Shown: positions 48,957 to 59,738, counted from the first letter of the stretch. The stretch is DNA of 64,000 nt from an uncultured Paraprevotella sp. (GCA_944320775.1 CALUIV010000003.1:253-64252); one strand, 5' to 3'. Notes: generated from the letters alone by a model not told the origin. Program-made: numbers and translations.

Positions 48957-48974
48957 GGTTTCCGTTTTTAAAGG

Positions 48975-49766
48975 TTATTTCTTGTGCGGAGTTTTCGTAG
49001 CCAAAGCGTGAATACTCCGGCTCATCCGATCATACACGTCCTGCATATCCGGTCTGTCAGCCAGCAATTTTTTCTGGCGTTCCAAAACATTCTCGTCATA
49101 ACGCACTGCCGGCCCCGTCTGCGCCGCACGTGGTTCAAGCGTATGCACTTTGGCTGCCGTCTCATCAATCAGCGGCAAAAGTACATCAAAAGGCAGACCG
49201 CTGCGCTCCACCATTTCTGCCGCCAGAGCATAACAATGATTGGCAAAATTACATGCAAATACGGCCGACAAATGCAGGTAACGCCGCTTTTCCGACGTCA
49301 GACGATACACCCGTCGGCTCACACTACGGGCAAGTTCTTCCAGCAACTGACAATCGGATTCTTCCAAAGCTTCAACAAAGACTGGAATCTGTGCAAAATC
49401 CACCGGACGCTTTTTGGAAAACGTCTGCATCGGATAGAACACTCCGCCATGTGCAAGACCCAAGTTTCGAAACACGTCGACCGATATACTTCCGGCTGTA
49501 TGCACAAACAAAGCGTCATCGCGTCCTGCAGCCACTTCACGAATCAACGATTCCAATACGGCATCGCGCACCGAGAACAAATATATGTCTGCATCGGAAA
49601 CTAAATCCTCCGTATGCACCGTGAACGGTACCTGCAACCTGACCGCCAGCTCGGAAGCCGACTCCTCACTGCGGCTATACACCTGAACGAGTTCATGACC
49701 GGCATGTTGCAACGCAGGTCCTAAATGTGAAGCCACATTTCCGGCTCCCAACAATACAATCCGCAT
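48975..49766 (-). CDS. Rossmann-like and DUF2520 domain protein
   Basis: LGAGNVASHL, HTAGS, FYPMQTFSK, HLSAVFACNF.NH, QTGPAVR.D; start at 49766 or 49781. Confidence 0.85.
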   Translation of the reverse strand: MRIVLLGAGNVASHLGPALQHAGHELVQVYSRSEESASELAVRLQVPFTVHTEDLVSDADIYLFSVRDAVLESLIREVAAGRDDALFVHTAGSISVDVFRNLGLAHGGVFYPMQTFSKKRPVDFAQIPVFVEALEESDCQLLEELARSVSRRVYRLTSEKRRYLHLSAVFACNFANHCYALAAEMVERSGLPFDVLLPLIDETAAKVHTLEPRAAQTGPAVRYDENVLERQKKLLADRPDMQDVYDRMSRSIHALATKTPHKK

Positions 49767-49770
49767 CGAC

Positions 49771-50316
49771 TTATTCTTCATCTGCTTGAGGCCAAGCATT
49801 AATATGTACTTTCTCCCACTGAAGATTGTCTTCGTTAAATGGCTTACGCTCCATTCCTTTATGCCCGACGGCAACAATCGAAAGAACACGCAAATGCTCT
49901 GGAATGCCCAAAATGGAACGAACCATTTCTTCTGCCGGTTTTCCATCGGCCATGGAACGGTTGCGCACCTGCACCCAGCAGGCCCCTAAACCGAGATCTT
50001 CAGCCTGCAACAATAAATAAGTTGTTGCCACCGATGTGTCTTCTATCCAGACATCACTGACCGCCGGATCGCCCAAAACTACAACTGCAAGAGGAGCACC
50101 AGCTATCAGCTCGGCACCTTTATCCTTACACTGTGAAAGCCGGACCAATGTCTCCTTATCATCAACTACAACAAACTGCCAAGCACGGGTTCCCTTTGAA
50201 GTCGGTGCCATCAAAGCGGCACGCAACAGAGCAACCACTTCGTCCTGACTCAACTCCTGCTCCGTGAACTTACGCATACTGCGACGACGGAGAATCAAAT
50301 CGCTGAAACTATCCAT
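49771..50316 (-). CDS. Nitroreductase family protein
   Basis: RRRSMRKFT, APTSK...WQFVVV, AEDLGLGACW. Confidence 0.9.
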   Translation of the reverse strand: MDSFSDLILRRRSMRKFTEQELSQDEVVALLRAALMAPTSKGTRAWQFVVVDDKETLVRLSQCKDKGAELIAGAPLAVVVLGDPAVSDVWIEDTSVATTYLLLQAEDLGLGACWVQVRNRSMADGKPAEEMVRSILGIPEHLRVLSIVAVGHKGMERKPFNEDNLQWEKVHINAWPQADEE

Positions 50317-50407
50317 ATAGTATATTTTCGTTATTCTGTTTATTTAAATTTCTTACTCTTGCAAATTTAAATAAAAAATGTGGGAAATAGCACAAAAGGA
50401 ACTGACT

Positions 50408-50475
50408 AAATCGAGATGGCCAACTGAGTTTGACGAAACGGGCAACTCATTCGAAAGAGTTGGGCAACTCGATTT
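50408..50475. repeat. Imperfect 18-bp inverted repeat with internal 22-bp-period copies; same family as 32856-32927
   Basis: aaatcgagatggccaact / agttgggcaactcgattt (2 mismatches); gggcaactc at 50440 and 50462. Confidence 0.7.
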
Positions 50476-50680
50476 GAACAAAATATCGATGCCGAATTCC
50501 AAAATCTATTTCCGTTCCGAACAAAAAATCTTATCTTTGCCCTAAGTGAATATAAACACAGATTGACACCAGTCATGGAGTTGCTGAGAGACACTTATAA
50601 AAATAAATAGCCCGACCAACATATAAAAAAGGCGTTTTTTACGTTCTTAAAAACAGTATATACCCATAAATACAGAAAAC

Positions 50681-53155
50681 GTGAACAGAAGATATTTTAT
50701 CTTTACTCTATTATTACTCATTTTCACCAGCTTCCACACCGTAAAACTCTTTGGGGAAACAGGTGTATCAATCACGACGAACACGAACTTCAACCAAGCC
50801 TCCATAGCACAAGGAACGGCTCCTCAGAACGACTCAAAAGTCACACTGTCCGGAAGAGTGATTGACAAAGAACAGAATCCGGTTATTTTTGCTTCCGTCA
50901 AGGTAGAAGGCCAGATGGCAGGGGCCACGACAGACCTGGATGGTAAATATTCGTTTACGTTTACTTCTGCCGATACCATCGTCATCACCTATTCGCTCAT
51001 CGGATATCAGAAACGGACAAAAAAACTGATCCGCCCACAAGGAAAGTTGACCCTGAACATCGTGATGCAACCACTGAGTCTGAATTTAGGCGAAATCACA
51101 GTTAAGGAAACCCGACGCCAACTGAACACGACGGAACACATCAACGTGGAAAATCTGAAACGGCTGCCCTCTACCAGCGGAAATGCCGTAGAGGAGCTGA
51201 TTGCGACCCAGGCTGGAGTGAGCACCCATAATGAATTGAGTTCGCAATACAACGTCCGCGGCGGAAGCTTCGACGAAAACAGTGTCTACATCAACGGAGT
51301 GGAAGTCTACCGACCGCTGCTCATCAGTTCTGGTCAGCAGGAAGGCTTGAGCATCATCAACAGCGACATGGTGGAAAGCATCCAGTTTTCGGCCGGAGGA
51401 TTCGAAGCCCAGTATGGCGACAAAATGTCGTCCGTGCTCGACATCCGTTATAAAACCCCGGAACGGAACGAGGCCAAAGCCAGCATGAGCCTGCTCGGCG
51501 GAAGTGTTTATGCTGGCATTGCGGGTAAAAAAATCAAGATGACGCACGGCATCCGCTACAAGACCAACCAATATCTGCTCGGAACCCTGGAAACCAAGGG
51601 CGAATACAACCCGAGTTTCCTGGACTATCAGACCTACATCCAGTGGACTCCGAACCGGAAATGGACATTCGATGTCATCGGAAACATTTCACAAAACAAA
51701 TATGAGTTTATCCCGACCAACCGGAACACCAATTTCGGTACAATGTACGACGTGAAATCGTTCAAGGTGTATTTCGACGGTCAGGAAAAAGACCTGTTCC
51801 GGACCTTTTTCGGCACCTTCAGCCTGAACTATCACTTCAACGAACGGACAAAACTTTCTCTACTCGGATCGGCCTATTACACCCAGGAACGGGAGACATA
51901 TGACATCCAGGGACAATACTGGCTCAGCGAAACCAACACCAGCGAACAACTGGGTGTCGGCACTTATCTGGAGCATGCCCGAAACCAGCTCAACGCCAAT
52001 ATGAAGAGTCTGAAACTACTCTTCAGCCAGCGCCGCACGACGCATCAATTGATGGCCGGCATCACCTGGAAGAATGAATACATCCGCGAAAAGTCCAACG
52101 AATGGGAGATGCGGGACTCCTCGGGATATTCCATTCCGCATAAACCCGACCGGCTGCAACTCATTTACAGTCTGCGGTCGCCCGAACTGACAATGCAAAG
52201 CAACCGGCTGGAACTTTTTGCCCAAGACACCTGGCGCTGGGAGAACGATTTGGGCGTATTTTCGACCAATTATGGCGCCCGCCTGAGTTACTGGGACTGG
52301 AACCGGGAGTGGCTGTTCAGCCCGCGCGTGTCCGTAGGTTTCATCCCGAAAGCCAACGAAAACTTTACCTTCCGTTTGGCTACCGGTCTCTATTATCAGG
52401 CACCTTTCTATAAAGAATTGCGCGACACGACTACGGTCAACGGAACCACCACCGTATCGCTGAACAAGAACATCAAATCGCAGCGGTCTGTCCATTTCGT
52501 ACTCGGCGGCGACTACAAGTTCAAACTGATGGACCGTCCGTTCAAATTCACCACGGAAGTCTATTATAAAGCCCTGAGCAACCTCAACCCATACAACGTG
52601 GACAATGTGCGCATCGTCTATTACGGACAGAATATCGGCAAGGGATATACTACCGGTATCGACCTGAAACTATTCGGTGAATTTGTCGAAGGCACGGACT
52701 CATGGATCAGCCTTAGCCTGATGAAAGCCCAGCAGACCATCAACGGAAAAAGTATGCCGCAACCCACCGACCAACGTTATAACCTCAACTTCTTTTTCAC
52801 GGACTTTTTCCCGGGCACCACACGCTGGCAGATGAATCTGAAAGCTTCTATTGCTGGCGGACTGCCTTTCGGTCCGCCTCATTCCGGTCTGGAAAGTCAG
52901 GTTTTCCGGGCCCCTACTTACAAGCGCGTAGACATCGGCATGAGCTACCGCCTGTTCAACAATGAAGACGGACACAAGAACGGATTCGGCCGGAACATCC
53001 GGAACGTATGGCTCGGTATAGACGGATTCAATATATTAGGGATCAACAACGTAAGTTCCTATTATTGGGTAACCGACGTGACGAACCAACAGTATGCTGT
53101 CCCCAATTATCTGACAGGTCGTCAGATTAACGGCCGCATTCTCATCGAATTATAA
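50681..53155 (+). CDS. TonB-dependent receptor with carboxypeptidase regulatory-like N domain (no SusD partner)
   Basis: GATTDLDGKYSF, YNVRGGSFDEN.VYING plug, FSAGGFEAQYGDKMSSVLDI, PNYLTGR C-terminus; TATCTTTG promoter element upstream. Confidence 0.85.
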   Translation: MNRRYFIFTLLLLIFTSFHTVKLFGETGVSITTNTNFNQASIAQGTAPQNDSKVTLSGRVIDKEQNPVIFASVKVEGQMAGATTDLDGKYSFTFTSADTIVITYSLIGYQKRTKKLIRPQGKLTLNIVMQPLSLNLGEITVKETRRQLNTTEHINVENLKRLPSTSGNAVEELIATQAGVSTHNELSSQYNVRGGSFDENSVYINGVEVYRPLLISSGQQEGLSIINSDMVESIQFSAGGFEAQYGDKMSSVLDIRYKTPERNEAKASMSLLGGSVYAGIAGKKIKMTHGIRYKTNQYLLGTLETKGEYNPSFLDYQTYIQWTPNRKWTFDVIGNISQNKYEFIPTNRNTNFGTMYDVKSFKVYFDGQEKDLFRTFFGTFSLNYHFNERTKLSLLGSAYYTQERETYDIQGQYWLSETNTSEQLGVGTYLEHARNQLNANMKSLKLLFSQRRTTHQLMAGITWKNEYIREKSNEWEMRDSSGYSIPHKPDRLQLIYSLRSPELTMQSNRLELFAQDTWRWENDLGVFSTNYGARLSYWDWNREWLFSPRVSVGFIPKANENFTFRLATGLYYQAPFYKELRDTTTVNGTTTVSLNKNIKSQRSVHFVLGGDYKFKLMDRPFKFTTEVYYKALSNLNPYNVDNVRIVYYGQNIGKGYTTGIDLKLFGEFVEGTDSWISLSLMKAQQTINGKSMPQPTDQRYNLNFFFTDFFPGTTRWQMNLKASIAGGLPFGPPHSGLESQVFRAPTYKRVDIGMSYRLFNNEDGHKNGFGRNIRNVWLGIDGFNILGINNVSSYYWVTDVTNQQYAVPNYLTGRQINGRILIEL

Positions 53156-53249
53156 TCCTTACCGTTATAATAGTTTAAAATATTTCCGGTTTCGGGGAAA
53201 ATAGTCTATATTTGTCTTTGGAACAAAACTAATTAAAACCATAATCGAC

Positions 53250-53654
53250 ATGAAAATTTCACATATTGAACATTTGGGTATTGCCGTAGAAAGCATCGAA
53301 AAAGCCCTTCCTTATTTCGAGAACGTTTTGGGATTGAAATGCTACGCTGTAGAAGAAGTAGCAGACCAAAAAGTGAAAACCGCCTTTCTGAAAGTGGGCG
53401 AAGTAAAACTTGAACTATTGGAACCGACAAGTCCGGACAGTCCGGTTGCCAAATATCTGGCCAATGGCGGAAAGGGAATTCATCACGTGGCTTTCGCCGT
53501 TGAAGACGGTGTTGCTGAAGCTTTAGCTGAATGCGAAGGCAAGGAAATCCGCCTCATTGACAAGGCACCACGCAAAGGTGCAGAAGGACTTCAAATTGCA
53601 TTCCTGCATCCGAAATCAACCTGCGGTATTCTGACTGAGCTTTGCGAACATTAA
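53250..53654 (+). CDS. mce: Methylmalonyl-CoA epimerase
   Basis: IEHLGIAV, ELLEPT, GIHHVAFAV, FLHPKST.GIL.EL. Confidence 0.93.
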   Translation: MKISHIEHLGIAVESIEKALPYFENVLGLKCYAVEEVADQKVKTAFLKVGEVKLELLEPTSPDSPVAKYLANGGKGIHHVAFAVEDGVAEALAECEGKEIRLIDKAPRKGAEGLQIAFLHPKSTCGILTELCEH

Positions 53655-53788
53655 TGAATAAACCAAGAAATACAATGCAAATAACAGCTGGCCAAACGGC
53701 TGTCTGATGATATGACAAGGCAGACCTGATACTTTGAAAAAAGTAAAAGGGCTGCCTTATTTTAAAATAAACTTATACAATCAAAATC

Positions 53789-55342
53789 ATGAGTAAGCAA
53801 ACTGAAAAGATAAAAGAATTGGTAGAACTTCGTGCAAAAGCCCGTTTGGGTGGTGGCGAGAAGGCTATTGAAAAACAACATGAACGTGGTAAATATACTG
53901 CACGCGAACGTATTGACATGTTGTTGGACGAAGGTAGTTTTGAAGAAATGGACATGTTCAAACTCCATCGTTGTACCAATTTCGGCATGGAAAAGAAACA
54001 GTTCCTGGGCGACGGTGTCGTTACAGGTAGCGGAACAATCAACGGACGACTCGTTTATGTCTTTGCACAGGATTTTACAGTTAATGGCGGCTCTCTGTCG
54101 GAAACCATGGCCCAAAAAATCTGCAAAGTTATGGATATGGCTATGAAAATGGGTGCACCTTGTATTGGTATTAATGATTCGGGTGGTGCACGTATTCAGG
54201 AAGGTATTAATGCCTTGGGCGGATATGCGGAAATTTTCCAACGCAACATCATGGCTTCGGGTGTAATCCCTCAGATTTCGGGTATATTCGGCCCATGCGC
54301 CGGCGGTGCGGTATACTCTCCTGCCCTGACCGATTTCACGCTGATGACCGAAGGTACTTCCTATATGTTCCTGACCGGTCCGAAAGTGGTCAAAACCGTA
54401 ACCGGCGAAGATGTCTCTCAGGAAGACTTGGGCGGTGCCAGTGTGCATTCAACAAAATCGGGTGTGACACACTTCACAGCACCGACCGAAGAAGAAGGTA
54501 TTGCCATCATCAAACAGTTGCTGAGCTACATTCCACAGAACAACATGGAAGAAACTCCAAGAGTTGCCTGCAACGACCCGATAGACCGTATGGAGGATTC
54601 TTTGAACGAAATCATTCCAGACAATCCGAATAAGGCTTACGATATGTATGAAGTAATCGGTGCTATCGTCGACAACGGAGAATTTTTCGAGATTCAAAAA
54701 GATTACGCCCGGAATATCATCATCGGTTTCGCACGCTTCAACGGACAGAGCGTCGGCATCGTGGCCAACCAGCCGAACTGCTATGCCGGTGTGCTCGACT
54801 GCAATGCCAGCCGCAAGGGAGCACGTTTCGTACGTTTCTGCGATTCGTTCAATATTCCAATCGTCACTTTAGTCGATGTACCAGGATTCCTGCCCGGAAC
54901 CGGTCAGGAGTACAATGCAGTCATCCTGCACGGTGCCAAATTGCTCTATGCGTATGGCGAAGCAACTGTTCCAAAAGTAACCGTCACACTGCGTAAGAGC
55001 TACGGAGGTTCACACATCGTAATGAGCTGTAAGCAGTTGCGTGGCGACCTGAACTACGCATGGCCTTCTGCCGAAATCGCCGTTATGGGTGCATCGGGTG
55101 CTGTTGCCGTATTGTATGCCAAAGGAGCCAAGGAAGCAGAAGATCCTCAGGCATTCCTCAAAGAAAAGGAGGAAGAATACGACAAACTGTTCACCAATCC
55201 ATATCAGGCTGCCAAGTATGGCTATATTGACGACGTGATAGAACCGAGAAACACGCGTTTCCGGATTATCCGTGCACTGGCTCAATTGAAAACCAAGTCA
55301 TTAGTCAATCCGGCTAAAAAACATGGCAATATTCCTTTGTAA
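53789..55342 (+). CDS. Acyl-CoA carboxyltransferase subunit (methylmalonyl-CoA decarboxylase alpha / propionyl-CoA carboxylase beta)
   Basis: [49 protein letters not shown]. Confidence 0.93.
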   Translation: MSKQTEKIKELVELRAKARLGGGEKAIEKQHERGKYTARERIDMLLDEGSFEEMDMFKLHRCTNFGMEKKQFLGDGVVTGSGTINGRLVYVFAQDFTVNGGSLSETMAQKICKVMDMAMKMGAPCIGINDSGGARIQEGINALGGYAEIFQRNIMASGVIPQISGIFGPCAGGAVYSPALTDFTLMTEGTSYMFLTGPKVVKTVTGEDVSQEDLGGASVHSTKSGVTHFTAPTEEEGIAIIKQLLSYIPQNNMEETPRVACNDPIDRMEDSLNEIIPDNPNKAYDMYEVIGAIVDNGEFFEIQKDYARNIIIGFARFNGQSVGIVANQPNCYAGVLDCNASRKGARFVRFCDSFNIPIVTLVDVPGFLPGTGQEYNAVILHGAKLLYAYGEATVPKVTVTLRKSYGGSHIVMSCKQLRGDLNYAWPSAEIAVMGASGAVAVLYAKGAKEAEDPQAFLKEKEEEYDKLFTNPYQAAKYGYIDDVIEPRNTRFRIIRALAQLKTKSLVNPAKKHGNIPL

Positions 55343-55372
55343 GAAAATAGATTCAACAATAAAACCGACAAT

Positions 55373-55546
55373 ATGCAAGAAAAAATCAATGGCGAAGTAT
55401 TGGCTGCCATAACCATGGCGCTCCATGAATATCTCGGTTACACAACGCACGACCAGGAAAGCTGCAAGCTGACCATGGAAAGCGAACAGACCGTATGGAA
55501 CTCCAAACTCCGAGTGCAAAGAGAACTACCGATACGCAAATTCTAA
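55373..55546 (+). CDS. 57-aa soluble accessory subunit resembling the C-terminal module of OadG/MmdD (not in ORF track)
   Basis: Translated by hand: MQEKINGEVLAAITMALHEYLGYTTHDQESCKLTMESEQTVWNSKLRVQRELPIRKF; fills the gap between the carboxyltransferase and the biotin carrier. Confidence 0.8.
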   Translation: MQEKINGEVLAAITMALHEYLGYTTHDQESCKLTMESEQTVWNSKLRVQRELPIRKF

Positions 55547-55557
55547 AAAACAAATAC

Positions 55558-55956
55558 ATGAAAGAATATAAATACAACATTAATGGTAATGATTATACCG
55601 TTCGCGTAGAAGGGATTGAAGACTGCATAGCTACCGTATATGTAAATGGTGAAAGCTATACCGTCAAGTTACCCGAACCGGAAAAACCGGCACCGCGCCC
55701 AAGCATCACCCCTGTTTCAGCCCCTCAAACAAGTACACCAAAGAAATACAGTGTCAAAGCTCCGCTTCCGGGAGTCATTATTGAGGTTGTGGTCAAACCG
55801 GGAGATGAAATCAAACGAGGACAGACCGTAGCCATTCTGGATGCGATGAAAATGGAAAACAATATCGTCAGTGAAAAAGCCGGTATTGTAGCCCAAATAT
55901 GTGTACAACCAGGAGAATCTGTTCTCGAAGGTACTGATTTAGTTGTATTTGAATAA
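55558..55956 (+). CDS. Biotin carboxyl carrier protein
   Basis: MKEYKYNING, Pro/Ala linker, KAPLPG, DAMKM biotinylation motif; start at 55558. Confidence 0.92.
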   Translation: MKEYKYNINGNDYTVRVEGIEDCIATVYVNGESYTVKLPEPEKPAPRPSITPVSAPQTSTPKKYSVKAPLPGVIIEVVVKPGDEIKRGQTVAILDAMKMENNIVSEKAGIVAQICVQPGESVLEGTDLVVFE

Positions 55957-55961
55957 ATAAA

Positions 55962-55994
55962 TTCCCCCTGTCGGAATGAATCTGACAGGGGGAA
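55962..55994. terminator. Bidirectional terminator
   Basis: ttccccctgtc / gacagggggaa 11-bp stem directly after the biotin carrier stop. Confidence 0.85.
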
Positions 55995-56045
55995 TATTTT
56001 ATCTCAAGAATCAAAGTCTTTCCTTAGAGACAAGCGACCTTTAAA

Positions 56046-56396
56046 TCATTTCAATGAATTTGTTTCCGGATTAGGGAAAACAACTGTCGGCTGGAAATTC
56101 TTGGCTTCTTCGAAATCCATCAGAGCATAAGAAATAATGATACAGATATCACCGACCTGTACACGCCGTGCAGCAGCTCCATTAAGACAAATACATCCGG
56201 AGCCACGTTCGCCTTTAATAATATAAGTTTCAAAACGTTCTCCGTTGTTATTATTGACAATCTGCACTTTTTCACCAGCAATCATATTGGCTGCATCCAA
56301 AAGATCCTCATCAATTGTAATGCTACCCATATAATTCAGGTTCGCTTCCGTCACGCGTACACAATGCAATTTGGATTTTAATACTTGAATCATCAT
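56046..56396 (-). CDS. panD: Aspartate 1-decarboxylase
   Basis: [14 protein letters not shown] autocleavage site, [14 protein letters not shown]. Confidence 0.96.
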   Translation of the reverse strand: MMIQVLKSKLHCVRVTEANLNYMGSITIDEDLLDAANMIAGEKVQIVNNNNGERFETYIIKGERGSGCICLNGAAARRVQVGDICIIISYALMDFEEAKNFQPTVVFPNPETNSLK

Positions 56397-56401
56397 GTCG
56401 A

Positions 56402-57253
56402 TTAGCCTTTATATTTAATATGATCAATCAAACGGATCGGAGCAGCTCCACAATACACTGTAATACATCCTACTATAAAATCGGAATCAGACCACGATTC
56501 TACATTCTGCAACGTATCACCGTCTACGATTGCATAATACTGCACCTCCAGTCCGACAACAGAATTAATGGAATCAACCACATATTTTTGAGTATCCTTC
56601 AAACTGTGGTTTGCAGCAAACTGCTTGCTTTGACTCAACACTTTATAGATATGAGCTGCCGTCTTACGTTCTTCCTCACTTAACAAAGTATTCCGGCTAC
56701 TCATTGCCAATCCGCTCTCCTCGCGAATCACCGGACACGGAACAATTTCCACAGCAAATCCCAAATCCTTAACCATAGCCTTAATAACGGCTATCTGCTG
56801 AAAATCTTTTTCTCCAAAATAAGCCCGATCCGGTTGCACTGCCTCAAACAACTTGCTGACAATCTGACAAACACCATTAAAGTGTCCAGGACGGAAAGCC
56901 CCTTCCATAACGGTATCTACAGGTGGATAATGGAACACACGCTTATCTTCTTCGGGATACATTTCCGATACAGAAGGAGCAAAAACAAGATCTGCTCCAA
57001 CCTGCTCCATCAAGACACAATCAGCATCAAGCGTTCTGGGATAATTCTGCAAGTCTGTCTTGTCATTGAATTGAGTGGGATTCAAAAAAACACTGACTAC
57101 TGTAAATTCATTTTCTGCAACGGAACGTGCTACAAGTGAAGCGTGTCCCTGATGCAATGCGCCCATAGTCGGAACAAAGCCAATCTTCTTACCTTCTTTG
57201 CGTACAGCGTCCAACTCCGAACGCAACGCATCAATCGTTTGTACTAACTTCAT
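56402..57253 (-). CDS. panC: Pantoate-beta-alanine ligase
   Basis: [45 protein letters not shown]; start at 57253. Confidence 0.96.
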   Translation of the reverse strand: MKLVQTIDALRSELDAVRKEGKKIGFVPTMGALHQGHASLVARSVAENEFTVVSVFLNPTQFNDKTDLQNYPRTLDADCVLMEQVGADLVFAPSVSEMYPEEDKRVFHYPPVDTVMEGAFRPGHFNGVCQIVSKLFEAVQPDRAYFGEKDFQQIAVIKAMVKDLGFAVEIVPCPVIREESGLAMSSRNTLLSEEERKTAAHIYKVLSQSKQFAANHSLKDTQKYVVDSINSVVGLEVQYYAIVDGDTLQNVESWSDSDFIVGCITVYCGAAPIRLIDHIKYKG

Positions 57254-57435
57254 TATATGTCGTTTTACATCAATTGTTTTCAAAAACCGTGCAAAATAAC
57301 ATATAAAATACCACATAGAGAAAAAAAACAGAAAATAAATACCAAATAAATGTAAAACTAGGTCTGTCCACCTATAAAATTTAGGCTTTTGGGGATATTT
57401 TTACTATCTTTGCATGACAAACTGACATTAATAAC

Positions 57436-58263
57436 ATGAAGGCAAAAAAAATTTTATTTATAACCCAGGAGATCACACCATATGTACCCGAATCAGAACT
57501 CTCGGTTGCGGGCAGAAAGCTTCCACAAGCTATTCAAGAAAAGGGTAAAGAAATCAGAACATTCATGCCCAAATGGGGAAACATTAATGAACGAAGAAAC
57601 CAATTGCACGAAGTCATCCGTCTATCTGGTATGAACTTGATCATTGATGATACAGACCATCCGTTGATCATCAAGGTTGCCTCCATACAAGCAGCGCGCA
57701 TGCAGGTTTATTTCATTGATAACGATGACTATTTCACCAACCGCCTGATGAAATCAGACGAAGATGGCAAAGAATATGAGGACAATGGAGAACGAGCCAT
57801 ATTTTACGCCAGAGGTGTTTTGGAAACGGTCAAAAAACTACGATGGGTACCAGACGTCATCCACTGCCAAGGCTGGATGTCTGCGTTGGTTCCATTATAC
57901 ATAAAAACCGCCTACCGCGAAGAACCTTCTTTCCGCGATGCAAAAGTTGTCTATGCATTGCACGAAGACGAACTGACCCAAAATATGGGTGAGAATTTTG
58001 GCAATTGCATTGCTTACAAGGATGTAGATCAGTCAGTATTAAAAGAATTCAGTCCTGAATTTACATTTGAAGAACTGAATAAACTGGCTACTAAATATTC
58101 CGACGGATTGATTCTGGCCAGCCCGAATACCAATCCAGCAATCGCTGAATATGCCCGTAGTCAAAACATTCCGGTTCTTGATTATGCTGGAGAACAGTAT
58201 ACTGATGCATACGCAGAATTTTACGACAAGATTTGGAGTGAAGGAAAAACAGAAGAAGACTAA
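57436..58263 (+). CDS. Glycogen/starch synthase-like protein, GT5 N-terminal domain only
   Basis: ILFITQEITPY, RTFMP, YFIDND, ERAIFYARG..E, PDVIHCQGWMSALVP; 275 aa with no C-terminal Rossmann domain. Confidence 0.8.
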   Translation: MKAKKILFITQEITPYVPESELSVAGRKLPQAIQEKGKEIRTFMPKWGNINERRNQLHEVIRLSGMNLIIDDTDHPLIIKVASIQAARMQVYFIDNDDYFTNRLMKSDEDGKEYEDNGERAIFYARGVLETVKKLRWVPDVIHCQGWMSALVPLYIKTAYREEPSFRDAKVVYALHEDELTQNMGENFGNCIAYKDVDQSVLKEFSPEFTFEELNKLATKYSDGLILASPNTNPAIAEYARSQNIPVLDYAGEQYTDAYAEFYDKIWSEGKTEED

Positions 58264-58311
58264 AAACAGCCTCAAAACTGTATTCACAGCCATTCAAAAG
58301 ACTTTTGAAAA

Positions 58312-59718
58312 ATGAAAAAAATTCCTATATGGTTAGCAGCCATACTTTTGTCCGCTACGGCATGCGATGACAATACAGGCACTTTAGGCATTACCAACGA
58401 CAATGATCAGATTTCTGTATCTTACAACACGTTTGAACTGAAATCAACAACAATCCTTGCTGACTCAATCATCTCCAATTCCAATACGAGTTGTTTCGGA
58501 CAAGTGACTGATCCGGAAACGGGCACAAAAATCAAGGCCGATTTTTTAGCCCAATTCCACGTAATGGAAAACTACAAACTGCCAGCATATGATTCCATCG
58601 TATCCAAAGATCATGATGGCAAAGTTTTAGCCGATTCCATTGAAATCAAATTCTATTTTCAGAAATATTATGGAGATCCGGAAAATATTCTGAAAATGAA
58701 AGTCTATGAATTGGATAAGCAAAATATCATCCGGGAAGATTCTGTATATTATTCGAATCTTGATCTGACACAATATGTAGCAGATATGAATAATCCATTG
58801 GCCATTAAGACTTTCTCTCCTATCGATCATACGGTCGATGATGGAATTCTTGATGGAAGCAGTTATTATGATAATGTTCGGATAAAACTGCCTGTTTCCT
58901 GCGGATCATACATTCTGAATAAATATTATGAACATCCGGAATATTTCAAGGATTCCTATTCATTTATCAGAAATGTATGTCCCGGCTACTATTTCAATTT
59001 AGCGCAAGGAGATGGAACCATGCTTTATTTTGATGTGGGTACCTTGGATATTTACTTCTCGTATATCCAGAATGACTCTGTATATTCAGGAATGACTCGC
59101 TTTGCAGCTACGCAAGAAGTAATCCAAAGTACACATATTGAAAACAGCGGAACAGAAAAATTATTAAATCAGGCCTTACAGTCGGATTCTACTTACATTA
59201 AAACTCCTGCAGGGCTTTATACAGAATTGGAATTACCCGTTGATGATATTTATAAAAATCATACTAACGATAGTGTAAACACTGTTAAAATAACACTGAC
59301 AAAATACAATAAATTCACAACGGACACCTATCCTTTAGGTACTCCACAAACGTTGCTAATGGTTCGTAAACAAGATATGTATTCTTTCTTTGAAGATAAA
59401 AAGAATGCAAACAGTATAACCTCTTATACAACTAGTTTCAACATGAACCAATACACGTTCTCAAATATAGCCCGTTTGATCTCTTACTGCAAAACAGAAA
59501 AGAGAAACGGAGCTAAAGAAGAAGGTATCAGTGAAGAAGAATGGGTTAAAAAGAATCCTGATTGGAACAAAGTGGTTCTAATTCCTGTTCAAGTAACCAC
59601 AGACCAATATGGGTATGCAACTACTACTGCTTTAGACCTGAAACTGAATAGTATTTGTCTTGTTGGCGAAAAGACACCTATCAAGCTATATGTTACATAT
59701 AGTAGATTCAGTAAATAA
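58312..59718 (+). CDS. DUF4270-like lipoprotein
   Basis: Lipobox ATAC followed by DDNTG; FGQVTDPETG..IKADFLAQF, YIKTPAGLYT; usual position after the GT5-like gene. Confidence 0.75.
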   Translation: MKKIPIWLAAILLSATACDDNTGTLGITNDNDQISVSYNTFELKSTTILADSIISNSNTSCFGQVTDPETGTKIKADFLAQFHVMENYKLPAYDSIVSKDHDGKVLADSIEIKFYFQKYYGDPENILKMKVYELDKQNIIREDSVYYSNLDLTQYVADMNNPLAIKTFSPIDHTVDDGILDGSSYYDNVRIKLPVSCGSYILNKYYEHPEYFKDSYSFIRNVCPGYYFNLAQGDGTMLYFDVGTLDIYFSYIQNDSVYSGMTRFAATQEVIQSTHIENSGTEKLLNQALQSDSTYIKTPAGLYTELELPVDDIYKNHTNDSVNTVKITLTKYNKFTTDTYPLGTPQTLLMVRKQDMYSFFEDKKNANSITSYTTSFNMNQYTFSNIARLISYCKTEKRNGAKEEGISEEEWVKKNPDWNKVVLIPVQVTTDQYGYATTTALDLKLNSICLVGEKTPIKLYVTYSRFSK

Positions 59719-59738
59719 AAACATAACAATAATTTCCT

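Noticed and set aside
48397-49946. Long N-terminal extensions in the ORF track (maf, DUF2520 protein; likewise aroC, sbcD, panC, hydrolase, biotin carrier)
   Set aside because: The extensions overlap neighbouring genes or promoters; downstream ATGs match the family N-termini.
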